A stretch of 64,000 bases of DNA from Neoechinorhynchus agilis (Eukaryota; Animalia; Acanthocephala), in the NCBI GenBank assembly GCA_051530055.1, contig CM121341.1, forward strand, positions 19,260,784-19,324,783, given 5' to 3'. Of the stretch, positions 1 to 13,900 are shown one piece after another. Within the stretch, counting starts at the first letter, position 1; the number at the start of each line of letters is the position of its first letter. The position numbers were made by a program, and so were the translations under genes. The notes under the pieces are model-generated. The model did not search any database, was not told the origin of the DNA, and saw only the letters and a program-made list of their open reading frames with translations.

Positions 1-36
1 CTTGTACGCAAATACACATTTGCTACTTTTCTTCAG

Positions 37-167
37 ATCTTATCAGCAAGGTTAAATCTGTCAAAGAACGCAATGCAAGAACGAAACTCGAGAACGAGCT
101 TCTTAAACAACAGATGCAATCTCTCCTTCTTACAAGCTCAGTGTTTGAACAAATGAACAATATTTGA
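37..167 (+). CDS. SCOC: Last exon of short coiled-coil protein (SCOC/Slo1 family); rest of gene is upstream of the window
   Basis: After acceptor TTTTCTTCAG it reads (D)LISKVKSVKERNARTKLENELLKQQMQSLLLTSSVFEQMNNI*, matching the recalled SCOC C-terminus [38 protein letters not shown]. Confidence 0.7.
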
Positions 168-175
168 TCTTTGAT

Positions 176-435
176 AGAAAGTCCTTCGGGATAATAAAAT
201 TACACTTTCGGTGAGAATAATCCCGGTCATTACATATTTTATTTATTCGAAATATTTCGCGAGGTATCCTCGCCTCTTCAGTCATTGTTTCGCAAGCGCT
301 GAAGTGACAAACTTGCGAAACAATGACTGAAGAGGCGAGGATACCTCGCGAAATATTTCGAATAAATAAAATATGTAATGACCGGGATTATTCTCACCGA
401 AAGTGTGATATTCAGTTATCGAGGACTCACTATTT
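176..435. repeat. Foldback of a dispersed repeat: perfect 95-bp inverted arms (202-296 / 312-406), 15-bp loop, imperfect outer extension
   Basis: Arms are exact reverse complements (ACACTTTCGGTGAG...TTTCGCAAG / CTTGCGAAA...CTCACCGAAAGTGT). Related copies lie at ~15478-15800, 19874-20005, 57854-57930 and 63215-63270. Confidence 0.9.
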
Positions 436-479
436 TGTCCCCTTTGGGGTAGAGACGTATCGAGCGCTCGGCAGCTCGG

Positions 480-1996
480 ACGACATTGTTTTTCCATAAA
501 GGGAATTTTGTTATTTATAGGAGCGGTGAAATTTGTTATAAACTAAAATTCTTAATTTGCGGATGCAAATCTGTTCACGTCCATCAATCGTGTGCACAAA
601 AAGAAAATTAAAACCCAATAAAGAATATTTAAATCACAAGAACAACTCTTTTGCAATAATTTATTTTTTCGAACGTAAACGACATTGTTTTTTTATTAAG
701 GGAATTTTGTTGTTTATAGGAGCAGTGAAAGTTGCTATAAACTAAATTTCTTATTTTACCGATTCAATTCTGTTTACGTCAATAAATCGTATGAACATAC
801 AAAAGAAAATTAAAATCCAATAAAGAATATCTAAATCACATGAACTGCACGTTTGTATTAATTTAATTAAAATCCAATGAAGAATATCTAAACCACAAGA
901 ACTTCACTTTTGTATTAATTTAGTTGTTCGAACCTATACGACATTGTTTTTCCACAAGGGGAATTTTGTGGTTTATGAGAGCAGTGAAAATTGTTAAAAA
1001 AATTTTTTAATTTGCTGATGCAAATCTGTTTACGTCCATAAATCGTATGCACATACAAAGGAAAATTAAAATCCAATCAAGAATATCTAAATCACAAGAA
1101 GAACTGTTTTGTATTAATTTATTTGTTCGAACGTATACGACATAATTTTTCCACGAGGGGAATTTTGTGGTTTATAAGAGAAGTGAAAGTTGTTATAAAC
1201 AAAAAAATTTAATTGCTGATGCAAATCTGTTTACGTCAATAAATGGTATGCACATACAAAATAAAATTAAAATCCAATAAAGAATATTTAATCACAAGAA
1301 CTGCACGTTTGTATTATTTTTTTTGTTCGAACCAATACGACATTGTTTTTCCATAAGGGGAATTTTGTTGTTTATAGGAGCAGTGAAAATTGTTATAAAC
1401 TAAATTTCTTATCTTACCGATTCAAATCTCTTTACGTCCATAAGTCGTGCGCACATACAAAAGAAAATTAAAATCCAATAAAGAATATCTAAATCACAAG
1501 AACAACTCTTCTGTATTAATTTATTTGATCGAACGTATACGACATTGTTTTTCCATAAAGGTAATTTCGTTATTTATAGGAGCCGTGAAAGTTGTAACAA
1601 ACAAAAATTCTTAATTTGCTGATGCAAATCTGTTTGCGTCCATAAATTGTATGCAATACAAAAGAAAATTAAAATTCAATAAAGAACGGCACGAAGCTTT
1701 TGTTCGGAACTCGGAAGACGACTTGCAGCAGAAACAGGGGAGCGACGCGAGAGGATTTTACTGATACAAAGAATAAGCCTCGCAATCCAACGAGGAAATG
1801 CGGTCAGCGTCCGGGGGACGATTTAATCATTTTAAAATAAATCTGGAATAAGCAAAAAAAATCACAAGAACAACTCCTTTGTATTAATTTATTTGTTTGA
1901 ACGTATAAGACATTGTTTTTCCATAAAGAGAATTTTATTGTTTGTAGGTTCAGTGAAAGTTGTTATAAACTAAAATTTTTAATTTGCTGATGCAAA
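480..1996. repeat. ~200-bp AT-rich tandem satellite, left block
   Basis: GAATATCTAAATCACAAGAAC...GACATTGTTTTTCCATAAGGGGAATTTTG...GCTGATGCAAATCTGTTTACGTCC recurs about every 200 bp (e.g. ~1081, 1281, 1483). Confidence 0.93.
1688..1861 (+). mobile_element. 5'-truncated 3' end of a CRE-like (RLE) non-LTR retrotransposon inserted in the 200-bp satellite
   Basis: 1689-1826 encodes ARSFCSELGRRLAAETGERRERILLIQRISLAIQRGNAVSVRGTI*, the QRxSxAIQRGNA terminus of CRE-type elements. A short UTR and A-run follow, then the satellite resumes (ATCACAAGAAC). Confidence 0.8.
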
Positions 1997-4900
1997 GCGT
2001 TTTAAAATCTCTTGTTTTTATTTGTTTGATAATGTTTTCCAAAAGCGCGTCTTAATTATAGGGAAGTTCTAAGAGTGAGTACAAGACAGCGTTTTCAAAT
2101 CTCCTGTTTTTATTTGATTGATAATGTTTTCCAAAAGCGCGTCTAAATAAAAGTGAAGCACTAAGAGTAAGTGCACAAATGCGTTTTCAAATCTCCTGTT
2201 TTTATTTGTTTGATAATGTTTTCCAAAAGCGCTTCAATATTATAGTGAATAGCCAGGAGTGAGTACACAAATGGGTTTTCAAATGAATTTTTTTATTGAC
2301 AATGTTTTCGAAAAGCGCGTCAAAACTATGGTGAAGCACAAAGAGTTAGTACACGAATGCGTTTTCAAATCTCTTGTTTTTATTTAATTGATAATGTATT
2401 CCAAAAGCGCGTTCAAAATTAAAGTGATGACCTAAGAGTAAGTACACGAATGCTTTTTCAAATCTCTTTTTTTATTCGATTGATAATGTTTTCCAAAAAC
2501 GCGTCTAAATTGAAGTGAAGAACTAAAAGTAAGTACACGAATGCGTTTTCAAATCTCTTGTTTTTATTTGATTGATAATGTATTCCAAAAGTGCGTCTTA
2601 ATTAAAGTGAAGCACTAAGAGAAAGTATACGAATACGTTTTCAAATCCCTTGTCTTTTTTGATTGATGATGTTTTCCAAAAGCGCGTCTAAATCAAAGCA
2701 CCAAGAGTGAGTACCGAAATGCGTTTTCATATCTCTTGTTTTTATTTTATTGATAATGTTTCTAAAAAGCGCGTCCAAAATTAAAGTCGAGCACTAAGAG
2801 TAAGTACACGAATGCGCTTTCAAATCCCTTGTTTTTTTATTAATAATGTTTTCCAAAGCGCGTCCAAATTAAAGTGAAGCATTAAGAGTTAGTACACGAA
2901 TGCGTTTTCAAATCTCTTGTTTTTATTTTATTGATAATGTTTTCCAAATGCTCGTCTAAATTGAAATGAAGTACTAAGAGTAAGTACACGCATGCGTTTC
3001 CGAATTCCTTGTTTTTTTATTGATAATGCTTTCCAAACACGCGTAAAAATTAAAGTGAAGATTTAAAAGTGAGCACACGAATGCGTCTTAAAATCTCTTG
3101 TTTTTATTTGATTGATAATGTTTTCAAAAAGCGTGTCAAAATTAAAGTTAAGCACTAAGAGTGAGAACACGAATGCGTTTTCAAATCTCTTGTTTTTATT
3201 TTATTGATAATGTTTTCCAAATGCTCGTCTAAATTGAAATGAAGTACTAAGAGTAAGTACACGAATGCGTTTTCGAATTCCTGGTTTTTTTTATTGATAA
3301 TGCTTTCTAAACACGCGTCAAAATTTAAGTGAAGATTTAAAAGTGAGCACACGAATGCGTTTTAAAATCTCTTGTTTTTATTTCATTGATAATGTTTTGT
3401 AAAAGCGCGTCAAAATTAAAGTGAAGCACTAAAAATATGTACACGAATGCGTTTTCAAATCACTTGTTTTTATTTAGTTGATAATGTATTCCAAAATCGC
3501 GTCTAAATTAAAGTGAAGAACTTTGAGTAAGTACATGAATGCGTTTTCGAATTCCTGGTTTTTTTATTGATAATGCTTTCCAAACACGCGTCAAAATTAA
3601 AGTGAAGATTTAAAAGTGAGTACACGAATGCGTTTTAAAATCTCTTGTTTTTATTTGATTGATAATGTTCTCCAAAAGCGCGTCAAAGTTAAAGTGAAGC
3701 ACTAAGAGTGAGTACACGAATGCGTTTTAAAATCACTTCTTTTTTTGATTGATAATGTTCTCCAAAAGCGCGTCTGAATTAAAGTGAAGAACTAAGAGTA
3801 AGTACTCGAATGCGTTTTCATTTCCCTTGTTTTTTTTATTGACGATGTTTTCAAAAAGCGCGTCAAAATTAAAGTGATGAACTAAGAGTGAGTACACGAA
3901 TGCGTTTCAAAATCTCTTGTTTTTATTTAAGCGCGTCAAAATTGAAGTGAGGATCTAAGAATGAGTACACGAATGGGTTTCCAAATCACTTGTTTCTATT
4001 TTGTTGATAATGTTTTCCAAAAGCGCGTTAATATTAAAGTAAGGCATTAAGAGTGAGTACACGAATGCGTTTTCAAATCACTTGTTTTTATTTGACTGAT
4101 AATGCTTTCCAAAAGCGCGTAAAAATTACTGTGAAGTGCTAAGGTTAAGTACACGAATGCGTTTTCAAATCTCTAGTTTTTTATTCGATTGATAATGTTT
4201 TCCAAAAGCGCGTCCAAATTAAAGTGAACCACTAAGAGTGAGTACGGGAAATCGTTTTAAAATCTCTTGTTTTTATTTTATTGATAATGTTTTCCAAAAG
4301 CGCGTCGAAATTGAATTGAAGCACTAAGAGTAAGTACACGAATGCGTTTTCAAATCCCTTGTTTTTTTGAGTTATAATGTTTTCCAAAACAGGGTCTAAA
4401 TTAAAGTGAAGCACTAAGAGTGGGAACACGAATACGTTTCAAAATCTCTTGCTTTTATATGATTGATAATGTTTTCCAAAAGCGCTTCAATATTATAGTG
4501 AATAGCCTGGAGTGAGTACACAAATGGGTTTTCAAATGAATTTTTTTATTGACAATGTTTTCGAAAAGCGCGTCAAAACTATGGTGAAGCACAAAGAGTT
4601 AGTACACGAATGCGTTTTCAAATCTCTTGTTTTTATTTAATTGATAATGTATTCCAAAAGCGCGTTCAAAATTAAAGTGATGACCTAAGAGTAAGTACAC
4701 GAATGCTTTTTCAAATCTCTTTTTTTATTCGATTGATAATGTTTTCCAAAAACGCGTCTAAATTGAAGTGAAGAACTAAAAGTAAGTACACGAATGCGTT
4801 TTCAAATCTCTTGTTTTTATTTGATTGATAATGTATTCCAAAAGTGCGTCTTAATTAAAGTGAAGCACTAAGAGAAAGTATACGAATGCGTTTTCAAATC

Positions 4901-7900
4901 CCTTGTCTTTTTTGATTGATGATGTTTTCCAAAAGCGCGTCTAAATCAAAGCACCAAGAGTGAGTACCGAAATGCGTTTTCATATCTCTTGTTTTTATTT
5001 TATTGATAATGTTTCTAAAAAGCGCGTCCAAAATTAAAGTCGAGCACTAAGAGTAAGTACACGAATGCGCTTACAAATCCCTTGTTTTTTTATTAATAAT
5101 GTTTTCCAAAGCGCGTCCAAATTAAAGTGAAGCATTAAGAGTTAGTACACGAATGCGTTTTAAAATCTCTTGTTTTTATTTGATTGATATTGTTTCCCAA
5201 AAGCGCGTCGAAATTGAAGAGAAGCACTAAGAGTGAGTACACGAATGCGTTTTCAAATCTCTTGTTTTTATTTGATTGATAATGTTTTCCAAAAGCGCGT
5301 CTAAATTAAAGTTAAGAACTAAGAGTGAGTACTCGAATGAGTTTTAAAATCTCTTGTATTTATTTGGCTGATAATGTTTTCCAAAAGAGCGTCAAAGTTA
5401 AAGTGAAGCACTAAGAGATAGAACACGAATGCGTTTTCAAATCCCTTGTTTTTGTTTGATTCATACTTCTTAGCAAAAGCGCGTCTAAATTAAAGTGAAG
5501 AACTAAGAGTGAGAACTCGAACGCGTTTCCAAATCTCTTGTTTTTATTTAACTGATAATGTTTTTAAAAAGAGGGTCCAAATTAAAGTGAAGCATTAAGA
5601 GTGGGAACACGAATCCGTTTTCAAATCTCTTGTTTTTATTTGATTGATAATGTTTTCAAAAAGCGTGTCCAAATCAAAGTGAAGCATTAGGAGTGAGAAC
5701 ACGAATGCGTTTTAAAATCTCTTTTTTTATTTGATTGATAATGTTTTCCAAAAGCGCGTCTAAATTAAAGTGAAGCACTAAGAGTGAGTACACGAATGCT
5801 TTTTCAAACCTCTTGTTTTTATTTGATTGATAATGTTTTTTCAAAGCGCGTCGAAATTGAAGTGAACCATTAAGAGTGAGTACAAGAATGCGTTTTAAAA
5901 TCTCTTGTTTTTATTTAATTGATAACATTTTCTAAAAGAGGGTCTAAATTAAAGTAAAGCACTAAGAGTAAGTACACGAATGCGTTTTCAAATCCCTTGT
6001 TTTTTTATTGATAATGTTTTCCAAAAGCTCGCAAAAATTAAAATGAAGCACTAAGACTGAGTACACGAATGCGTTTTCAAATCTCTTGTTTTTATTTTGT
6101 TGATAATGTTTTCGAAAGGCGCGTAAAAATTAAAGTGAAGAACCTGGAGTGAGTAAACAAATGCGTTTTTAAATCAATTGTTTTATTATTGATAAAGTTT
6201 TCCAAAAGCGCGTCAAAATTAAAGTGCAGAACCAGGAGTAAGCACACAAATGCGTTTTCAAATCTCTTGTTTTTTATATTAATGACAATGTTTTCGAAAA
6301 GCGCGTCTAAATTAAAGTAGAGCACAAAGACTGATTACACGAATGCGTTTTCAAATCTCTTGTTTTTATTTGGTTGATAATGTTTTCCAATGGCGCATCT
6401 AACATGAAGTATTGATCTAAGAGTGAGTACACAAATGCGTTTTCAAATCTCTTGTTTTTATTTGATTGACAATGTTTTCCAAAAGCGCGTCTAAATTGAA
6501 GTGAAGCACTAAGAGTAAGTACACGAATGCGTTTTCAAATCCCTCGTTTTTTATTGATAATGTTTTCCAAAAGCGCGTCTAAATTTAAGTGAGGCACTAG
6601 GACTGAGTACACGAATGCGTTTTAAAATCTCTTGTTTTTATTTTGTTGATAATGTTTTCAAAAAGAGGGTCTAAATTAAAGTGAAGCACTAAGAGTGAGT
6701 AAACGAATGCGTTTTCAAATCTCTTGTTTTTATTTGGTTGATAATGTTTTCTAAAAGCGTGTCCAATTCAAAGTGATGCACTGACTGTGAGAACAGGAAT
6801 GCATTTTCAAATCTCTTGTTTTTATTTAATTGTTAACGTTTTCCAAAAGAGGGTCTAAATTAAAGTGAAGAACTAAGAGTAATTACACGACTGCGTTTTC
6901 AATTCCCTTGTTTTTTTATTGATAATGTTTTCCAAAAGCGCGTCAAAATTAAAGTGAAGCACTAAGAGTAAGTACACGAATGCGTTTTAAAATCTCTTGT
7001 TTTTATTTGGTTTATAATGTTTTCTAAAAGCGCGTCTAAATTAAAGTGAAGCACTAAGAGTAAGTACACGAATGCGTTTTCAAATCCCTTGTTTTTTTAT
7101 TGATAATGTTTTCCAAAAGCGCGTAGAAATTAATGTGAAGTACTAAGAGTGAGTACACGTGTGCGTTTTCAAATCTCATGTTTTTAATTGATTGATAATG
7201 TTTTCCAAAAGCGCGTCAAAATTAAAGTGAAGAACCTGGAGTGAGTACACAAATGGGTTTTTAAATCAATTGTTTTTTATTGATAATGTTTTCCAAAAGC
7301 GCGTCAAAATAAAAGTGAAGAACCTGGAGTGAGTACACAAATGCGTTTTAAGATCTCTTGTTTTTATTTTAACGACAATGTTTTCAAAAACACGTCTAAA
7401 TTAAAGTGAAGCACAAGGAGTGAGTACACGAATGCGTTTTCAAATCTCTTGTTTTTATTTGGTTGATAATGTTTTCCAAAAGCGCGTCAAAATTAAAGTA
7501 GAGCACTAAGAGTGAGTACACGAATGCGTTTTCAAATCTTTTGTTTTTATTTGGTTGATAATGTTTTCCAAAAGCGCGTCTAAATTGAAGTAAATATCTA
7601 AGAGTGAGTACATGAATGCGTTTTCAAATCTCTTGTTTTTATTTGATTGATAACGTTTTCCAAAAGAGGGTATAAATTAAAGTGAAGCACTAAGAGTAAG
7701 TACACGAATGCGTTTTCAATTCCCTTGTTATTTTATTGACAATGTTCCCCAAAAGCGCTTCCAAATCAAAGTGAAGCACTAAGAGTGAGTACACGAATGC
7801 GTTTTAAAATCTCTTGGTTTTATTTTGTTGATAATGTTTTCCAAAAGCGCGTCCAATTCAAAGTGAACCACGAAGAGTGAGAACTCGAATGCGTTTTAAA

Positions 7901-10900
7901 ATCTCTTGTTTTTATTTTGTTGATAACGTTTTCCAAAAGAGGGTCCTTATTAAAGTAAAGCACTAAGAGTAAGTACACGACTGCGTTTTCAATTCCCCTG
8001 ATTTTTTATTGACAATGTTTTCCAAAAGCGCGTCCAAATTAAGGTGAAAAACTGAGACTGAGTACACGAATGCGTTTTCAAATCTCTTGTTTTTATTTGA
8101 TTGACAATGTTTTCCAAAAGCGCGTCTAAATTGAAGTAAAGCACTAAGAGTAAGTACACGAATGCGTTTTCAAATCCCTTGTTTTTTATTGATAATGTTT
8201 TCCAAGAGCGCGTAAAAATTTAAGTGAAGAACTAAGACTGATTACACGAATGCGTTTTCAAATCTCTTGTTTTTATTTTAATGATAATGTTTTCAAAAAG
8301 CGCGTCTGAATTAGAGTGAAGCACCAGGAGTAAGTACACGAATGCGCTTTCAAATCTCTTGTTGTTATTTGGTAGATAATGTTTTCCAAACGCGGGTCTA
8401 AATTGAAGTAAGGATCTAAGAGTGAGAACACGAATGCGTTTTCAAATCTCTTGTTTTTATTTGATAATGTTTTCCAAAAGCGCTTCAAAATTAAATTGAA
8501 GAACCTGCAGTGAGCACACGAATGCGTTTTCAAACCTCTTATTTTTATTTGATTCATGATGTTTTTTTAAACCGCGTCAAAATTAAAGTAGAGCACTAAG
8601 ACTGAGTACACGAATGCGTTTTCAAATCTCTTGTTTTTATTTGGTTGATAATGTTTTCGAAAGGCGCGTCTAAATTAAAGTAAGGATCTAAGAGTGAGTA
8701 CACGAATGCGTTTTCAAATCTCTTGTTTTTATTTGGTTGATAATGTTTTCGAAAGGCGCGTAAAAATTAAAGTGAAGAACCTGGAGTGAGTACACGAATG
8801 CGTTTTCAAATCACTTGTTTTTTTTATTGATAATGTTTTCCAAAAGCGCGTCAAAATTAAAGTGAAGAACCTGGAGTGAGCACACAAATGCGTTTTCAAA
8901 TCTCTTGTTTTTATTTGATTGATAATGTTTTTTAAAAGCGCGTCAAAATTAAAGTAGAGCACAAAGACTGAATACACGAATGCGTTTTCAAATCTCTTGT
9001 TTTTATTAGATTGATAATGTTTCCCAAAGGGACATCTAAATTGAAGTAAGGATCTAAGAGTGAGCACACAAATGCGTTTTCAAATCTCTTGTTTTTATTT
9101 GATTGATAATGTTTTTTAAAAGCGCGTCAAAATTAAAGTAGAGCACAAAGACTGAATACACGAATGCGTTTTCAAATCTCTTGTTTTTATTAGATTGATA
9201 ATGTTTCCCAAAGGGACATCTAAATTGAAGTAAGGATCTAAGAGTGAGTACACAAATGCGTTTTCAAATCTCTTGTTTTTATTTGATTGATAATGTTTTC
9301 CAAAAGCGCGTCAAAATTAAAGTAAAGCACTAAGAGTGAGTACACGAATGCGTTTTCAAATCTCTTGTTTTTATTTGATTGATAATGTTTACCAAAAGCG
9401 CGTCTAAATTATAGTGAAGAACTTGGAGTGAGTACACGAATGCGTTTTCAAATCTCTTGTTTTTATTTGGTTGATAATGTTTTCAAAAAGCGCGTCTAAA
9501 TTAAAGTGAAGCACCAAGAGTGAGCACACGAATGCGTTTTCAAACCTCTTATTTTTATTTGATTGATGATGTTTTTTTAAACCGCGTCAAAATTAAAGTA
9601 GAGCACTAAGACTGAGTGCACGAATGCGTTTTCAAATCTCTTGTTTTAATTTGGTTGATAATGTTTTCCAAAGGCGCGTCTAAATTGAAGTAAGGATCTA
9701 AGAGTGAGTACACAAATGCGTTTTCAAATCTCTTGTTTTTTTGATTGATAATGTTTTCCAAAAGCGCGTCAAAATTAAAGTGAAGCACTAAGAGTGAGTA
9801 CACGAATGCGTTTTAAAATCTCTTGTTTTCATTTGATTGATAATGTTTATCAAAAGCGCGTCAAAATTAAAGTGAAGCACTAAGAGTGAGTACACGAGTG
9901 CGTTTTCAAATCTCTTGTTGTTATTTGGTAGATAATGTTTTCCAAACGCGGGTCTAAATTGAAGTAAGGATCTAAGAGTGAGAACACGAATGCGTTTTCA
10001 AATCTCTTGTTTTTATTTGATAATGTTTTCCAAAAGCGCTTCAAAATTAAATTGAAGAACCTGCAGTGAGCACACGAATGCGTTTTCAAACCTCTTATTT
10101 TTATTTGATTCATGATGTTTTTTTAAACCGCGTCAAAATTAAAGTAGAGCACTAAGACTGAGTACACGAATGCGTTTTCAAATCTCTTGTTTTTATTTGG
10201 TTGATAATGTTTTCCAAAGGCGCGTCTAAATTGAAGTAAGGATCTAAGAGTGAGTACACGAATGCGTTTTCAAATCTCTTGTTTTTATTTGGTTGATAAT
10301 GTTTTCTAAAAGCGCGTAAAAATTAAAGTGAAGAACCAAGAGTGAGTACACGAATGCGTTTTCAAATCTCTTGTTTTTTTTATTGATAATGTTTTCCAAA
10401 AGCGCGTCTAAATTAAAGTGAAGAACCTAGAGTGAGCACACAAATGCGTTTTCAAATCTCTTGTTTTTATTTGATTGATAATGTTTTTTAAAAGCGCGTC
10501 AAAATTAAAGTAGAGCACAAAGACTGAATACACGAATGCGTTTTCAAATCTCTTGTTTTTATTAGATTGATAATGTTTCCCAAAGGGACATCTAAATTGA
10601 AGTAAGGATCTAAGAGTGAGCACACAAATGCGTTTTCAAATCTCTTGTTTTTATTTGATTGATAATGTTTTTTAAAAGCGCGTCAAAATTAAAGTAGAGC
10701 ACAAAGACTGAATACACGAATGCGTTTTCAAATCTCTTGTTTTTATTAGATTGATAATGTTTCCCAAAGGGACATCTAAATTGAAGTAAGGATCTAAGAG
10801 TGAGAACACGAATGCGTTTTCAAATCTCTTGTTTTTATTTAATTGATAACGTTTTCCAAAAGAGGGTTTAAATTAAAGTAAAGCACTAAGAGTGAGTACA

Positions 10901-13900
10901 CGAAAGCGTTTTCAAATCTCTTGTTTTTATTTGATTGATAATGTTTTCCAAAAGCGCGTCTAAATTATAGTGAAGAACTTGGAGTGAGTACACGAATGCG
11001 TTTTCAAATCTCTTGTTTTTATTTGGTTGATAATGTTTTCAAAAAGCGCGTCTAAATTAAAGTGAAGCACCAAGAGTGAGCACACGAATGCGTTTTCAAA
11101 CCTCTTATTTTTATTTGATTGATGATGTTTTTTTAAACCGCGTCAAAATTAAAGTAGAGCACTAAGACTGAGTGCACGAATGCGTTTTCAAATCTCTTGT
11201 TTTAATTTGGTTGATAATGTTTTCCAAAAGCGCGTCAAAATTAAAGTGAAGCACTAAGAGTGAGTACACGAATGCGTTTTAAAATCTCTTGTTTTCATTT
11301 GATTGATAATGTTTATCAAAAGCGCGTCAAAATTAAAGTGAAGCACTAAGAGTGAGTACACGAGTGCGTTTTCAAATCTCTTGTTTTTAATTGATTGATA
11401 ATGCATTCCAAAAGCGCGTCAAAATTAGAGTGAAGAACTTGGAGTGAGTAAACAAATGCGTTTTCAAATCTCTTGTTTTTATTTGGTTGATAATGTTTTC
11501 AAAAAGCGCGTCTAAATTAAAGTGAAGAACCAAGAGCGAGCACACGAATGCGTTTTCAAACCTCTTATTTTTATTTGACTGATGATGTTTTTTTAAACCG
11601 CGTCAAAATAGAAGTGAAGCACTAAGACAGAGTACACGAAGACGTTTTCAAATCTCTTGTTTTTATTTGGTTGATAATGTTTTCCAAATGCGCGTCTAAA
11701 TTGAAGTAAGGATCTAAGACTGAATACACGAATGCGTTTTCAAATCTCTTGTTTGTATTTGATTGACAATTTTTTCAAATAGCGTGTCCAATTCAAAGTG
11801 AAGCACTGAAAGTGAGAACACGAATGCGTTTTCAATTCCCTTGTTTTTTTTGATTGACAATGTTTCCCAAAAGCGCGTCCAAATTAAAGTGAAGCACTAA
11901 GAGTGATTACACGAATGCGTTTTAAAATCTCTTGTTTTTATTTGGTTGATAATATTTTCAAAAAGCGCGTCAAAATTGAAGTAAGGATCTAAGAGTGAGT
12001 ACACGAATGCGTTTTCAAATCTCTTGTTTTTTTGATTGATAATGTTTCCCAAAAGCGCGTCCAAATTAAAGTGAAGCACTAAGAGTGATTACACGAATGC
12101 GTTTTAAAATCTCTTATTTTTATTTGATTGAAAATGTTTTCCAAAAGCGCGTCAAAATTAAAGTTAAGAACCCGGGGCTAGTACCCAATTGCGTTTTTAA
12201 ATCAATTGTTTTTTATTGATAATGTTTTCCAAAAGCGCGTCAAAATTAAACTGAAGAACCAGGAGTGAGTACACAAATGCGTTTTCAAATCTCTTATTTT
12301 TATTTGGTTGATAATGTTTTCCAAAGGCGCGTCTAAATTGAAGTAAGGATCTAAGAGTGAGTACACGAAAGCGTTTGTAAATCTCTTGTTTATATATGAT
12401 TGATAATTTTTACCAAAATCGCGTCTAAATTATAGTGAAGCACGAAGAGTTGTGAACACAACTGCGTCTTCAGATCGTTTGTTTTTTATTGATAATGTTT
12501 TCCAAAAGCGCGTCAAAATTAAAGTGAAGCACTTAGAGTTAGTACACAAATGCGTTTCCAAATCCCTTGTTTTTTGATTGATAATGTTTTCCAAAAGCTC
12601 GTCCAAATTAAAGTGAAGCACTAAGAGTGATTACACGAATGCGTTTTAAAATCTCTTGTTTTTAATTGATTGAAAATGTTTTCAAAAAGGGCGTAAAAAT
12701 TAAAGTAAAGTACTTAGAGTGAGCATACGAATGCGTTTTCGAACCTCTTATTTTTATTTTATTGATGATGTTTTTTTAAACTGCGTCAAAATTAAAGTAG
12801 AGCACTAAGACTGAGTACACGAATGCGTTTTCAAATATCTTGTTTTTATTTGGTTGATAATGTTTTCCAAAGGCGCGTCTAAATTGAAGTAAGAATCTAA
12901 GAGTGAGTACACGAATGCGTTTTCAAATCTCTTGTTTTTATTATATTGATAATGTTTTCCAAAAGCGCGTCAAAATTAAAGTGAAGCATTAAGATTGAGT
13001 ACGCGAATTCGTTTACAAATCTCTTGTTTTTTTATTGATAATGTTTTCCAAAAGCGCGTCAAAATTAAAGTGAAGCATTAAGATTGAGTACGCGAATTCG
13101 TTTACAAATCTCTTGTTTTTATTTTGTTGATAATGTTTTCCAAAAGCGCGTCAAAATTAAAGTGAAGCACTAAGACAGAGTACACGAATGCGTTTTCAAA
13201 TCTCTTGTTTTTATTTGGTTCAAATTTTTTTAACAAAAGCGCGTCAAAATTAAAGTGAAGCACTAAGACAGAGTACACGAATGCGTTTTTAAATCTCTTG
13301 TTTTTATTTGGTTGATAATGTTTTCCAAAGGCGCGTCTAAATTGAAGTATCGATCTAAGACTGAATACACGAATGCGTTTTCAAAAACCTTGTTTTTTTT
13401 ATTGATAGTGTTTTCCAAAAGCGCGTCAAAATTAAAGTGAAGCACTAGGAGTGAGTACATGAATTCGTTTTCAAATCTCTTTTTTTATTGATAATGTTTT
13501 CCAAAAGCGCGTCTTAGTTGAAGTGAGGCTCTAAGAATGAGAACACAAATGCGTCTTCAAATCGTTTGTTTTTTATTGATAATGTTTTCCAAAAGCGCGT
13601 TAAAACTAAAGTGAAGCACTAAGAATGAGTACACGAATGCGTTTTCAAATCCCTTGTTTTTTTTGATAACGTTTTCCAAAAGCGCGTCAAAATTAATGTG
13701 AAGCACTAAGACAGAGAACACGATTGCGTTTTAAAATCTCTTGTTTTTATTTGATTGAAAATGTTTTCCAAAAGCGCGTCAAAATTAAAGTGAAGAACCT
13801 GGAGTGAGCACACAAATGCGTTTTCAAATCTCTTGTTCTTTATTTTAATTACAATGTTTTCAAAAAGCGCGTCTAAATTAAAGTGAAGAACCAAGAGTGA

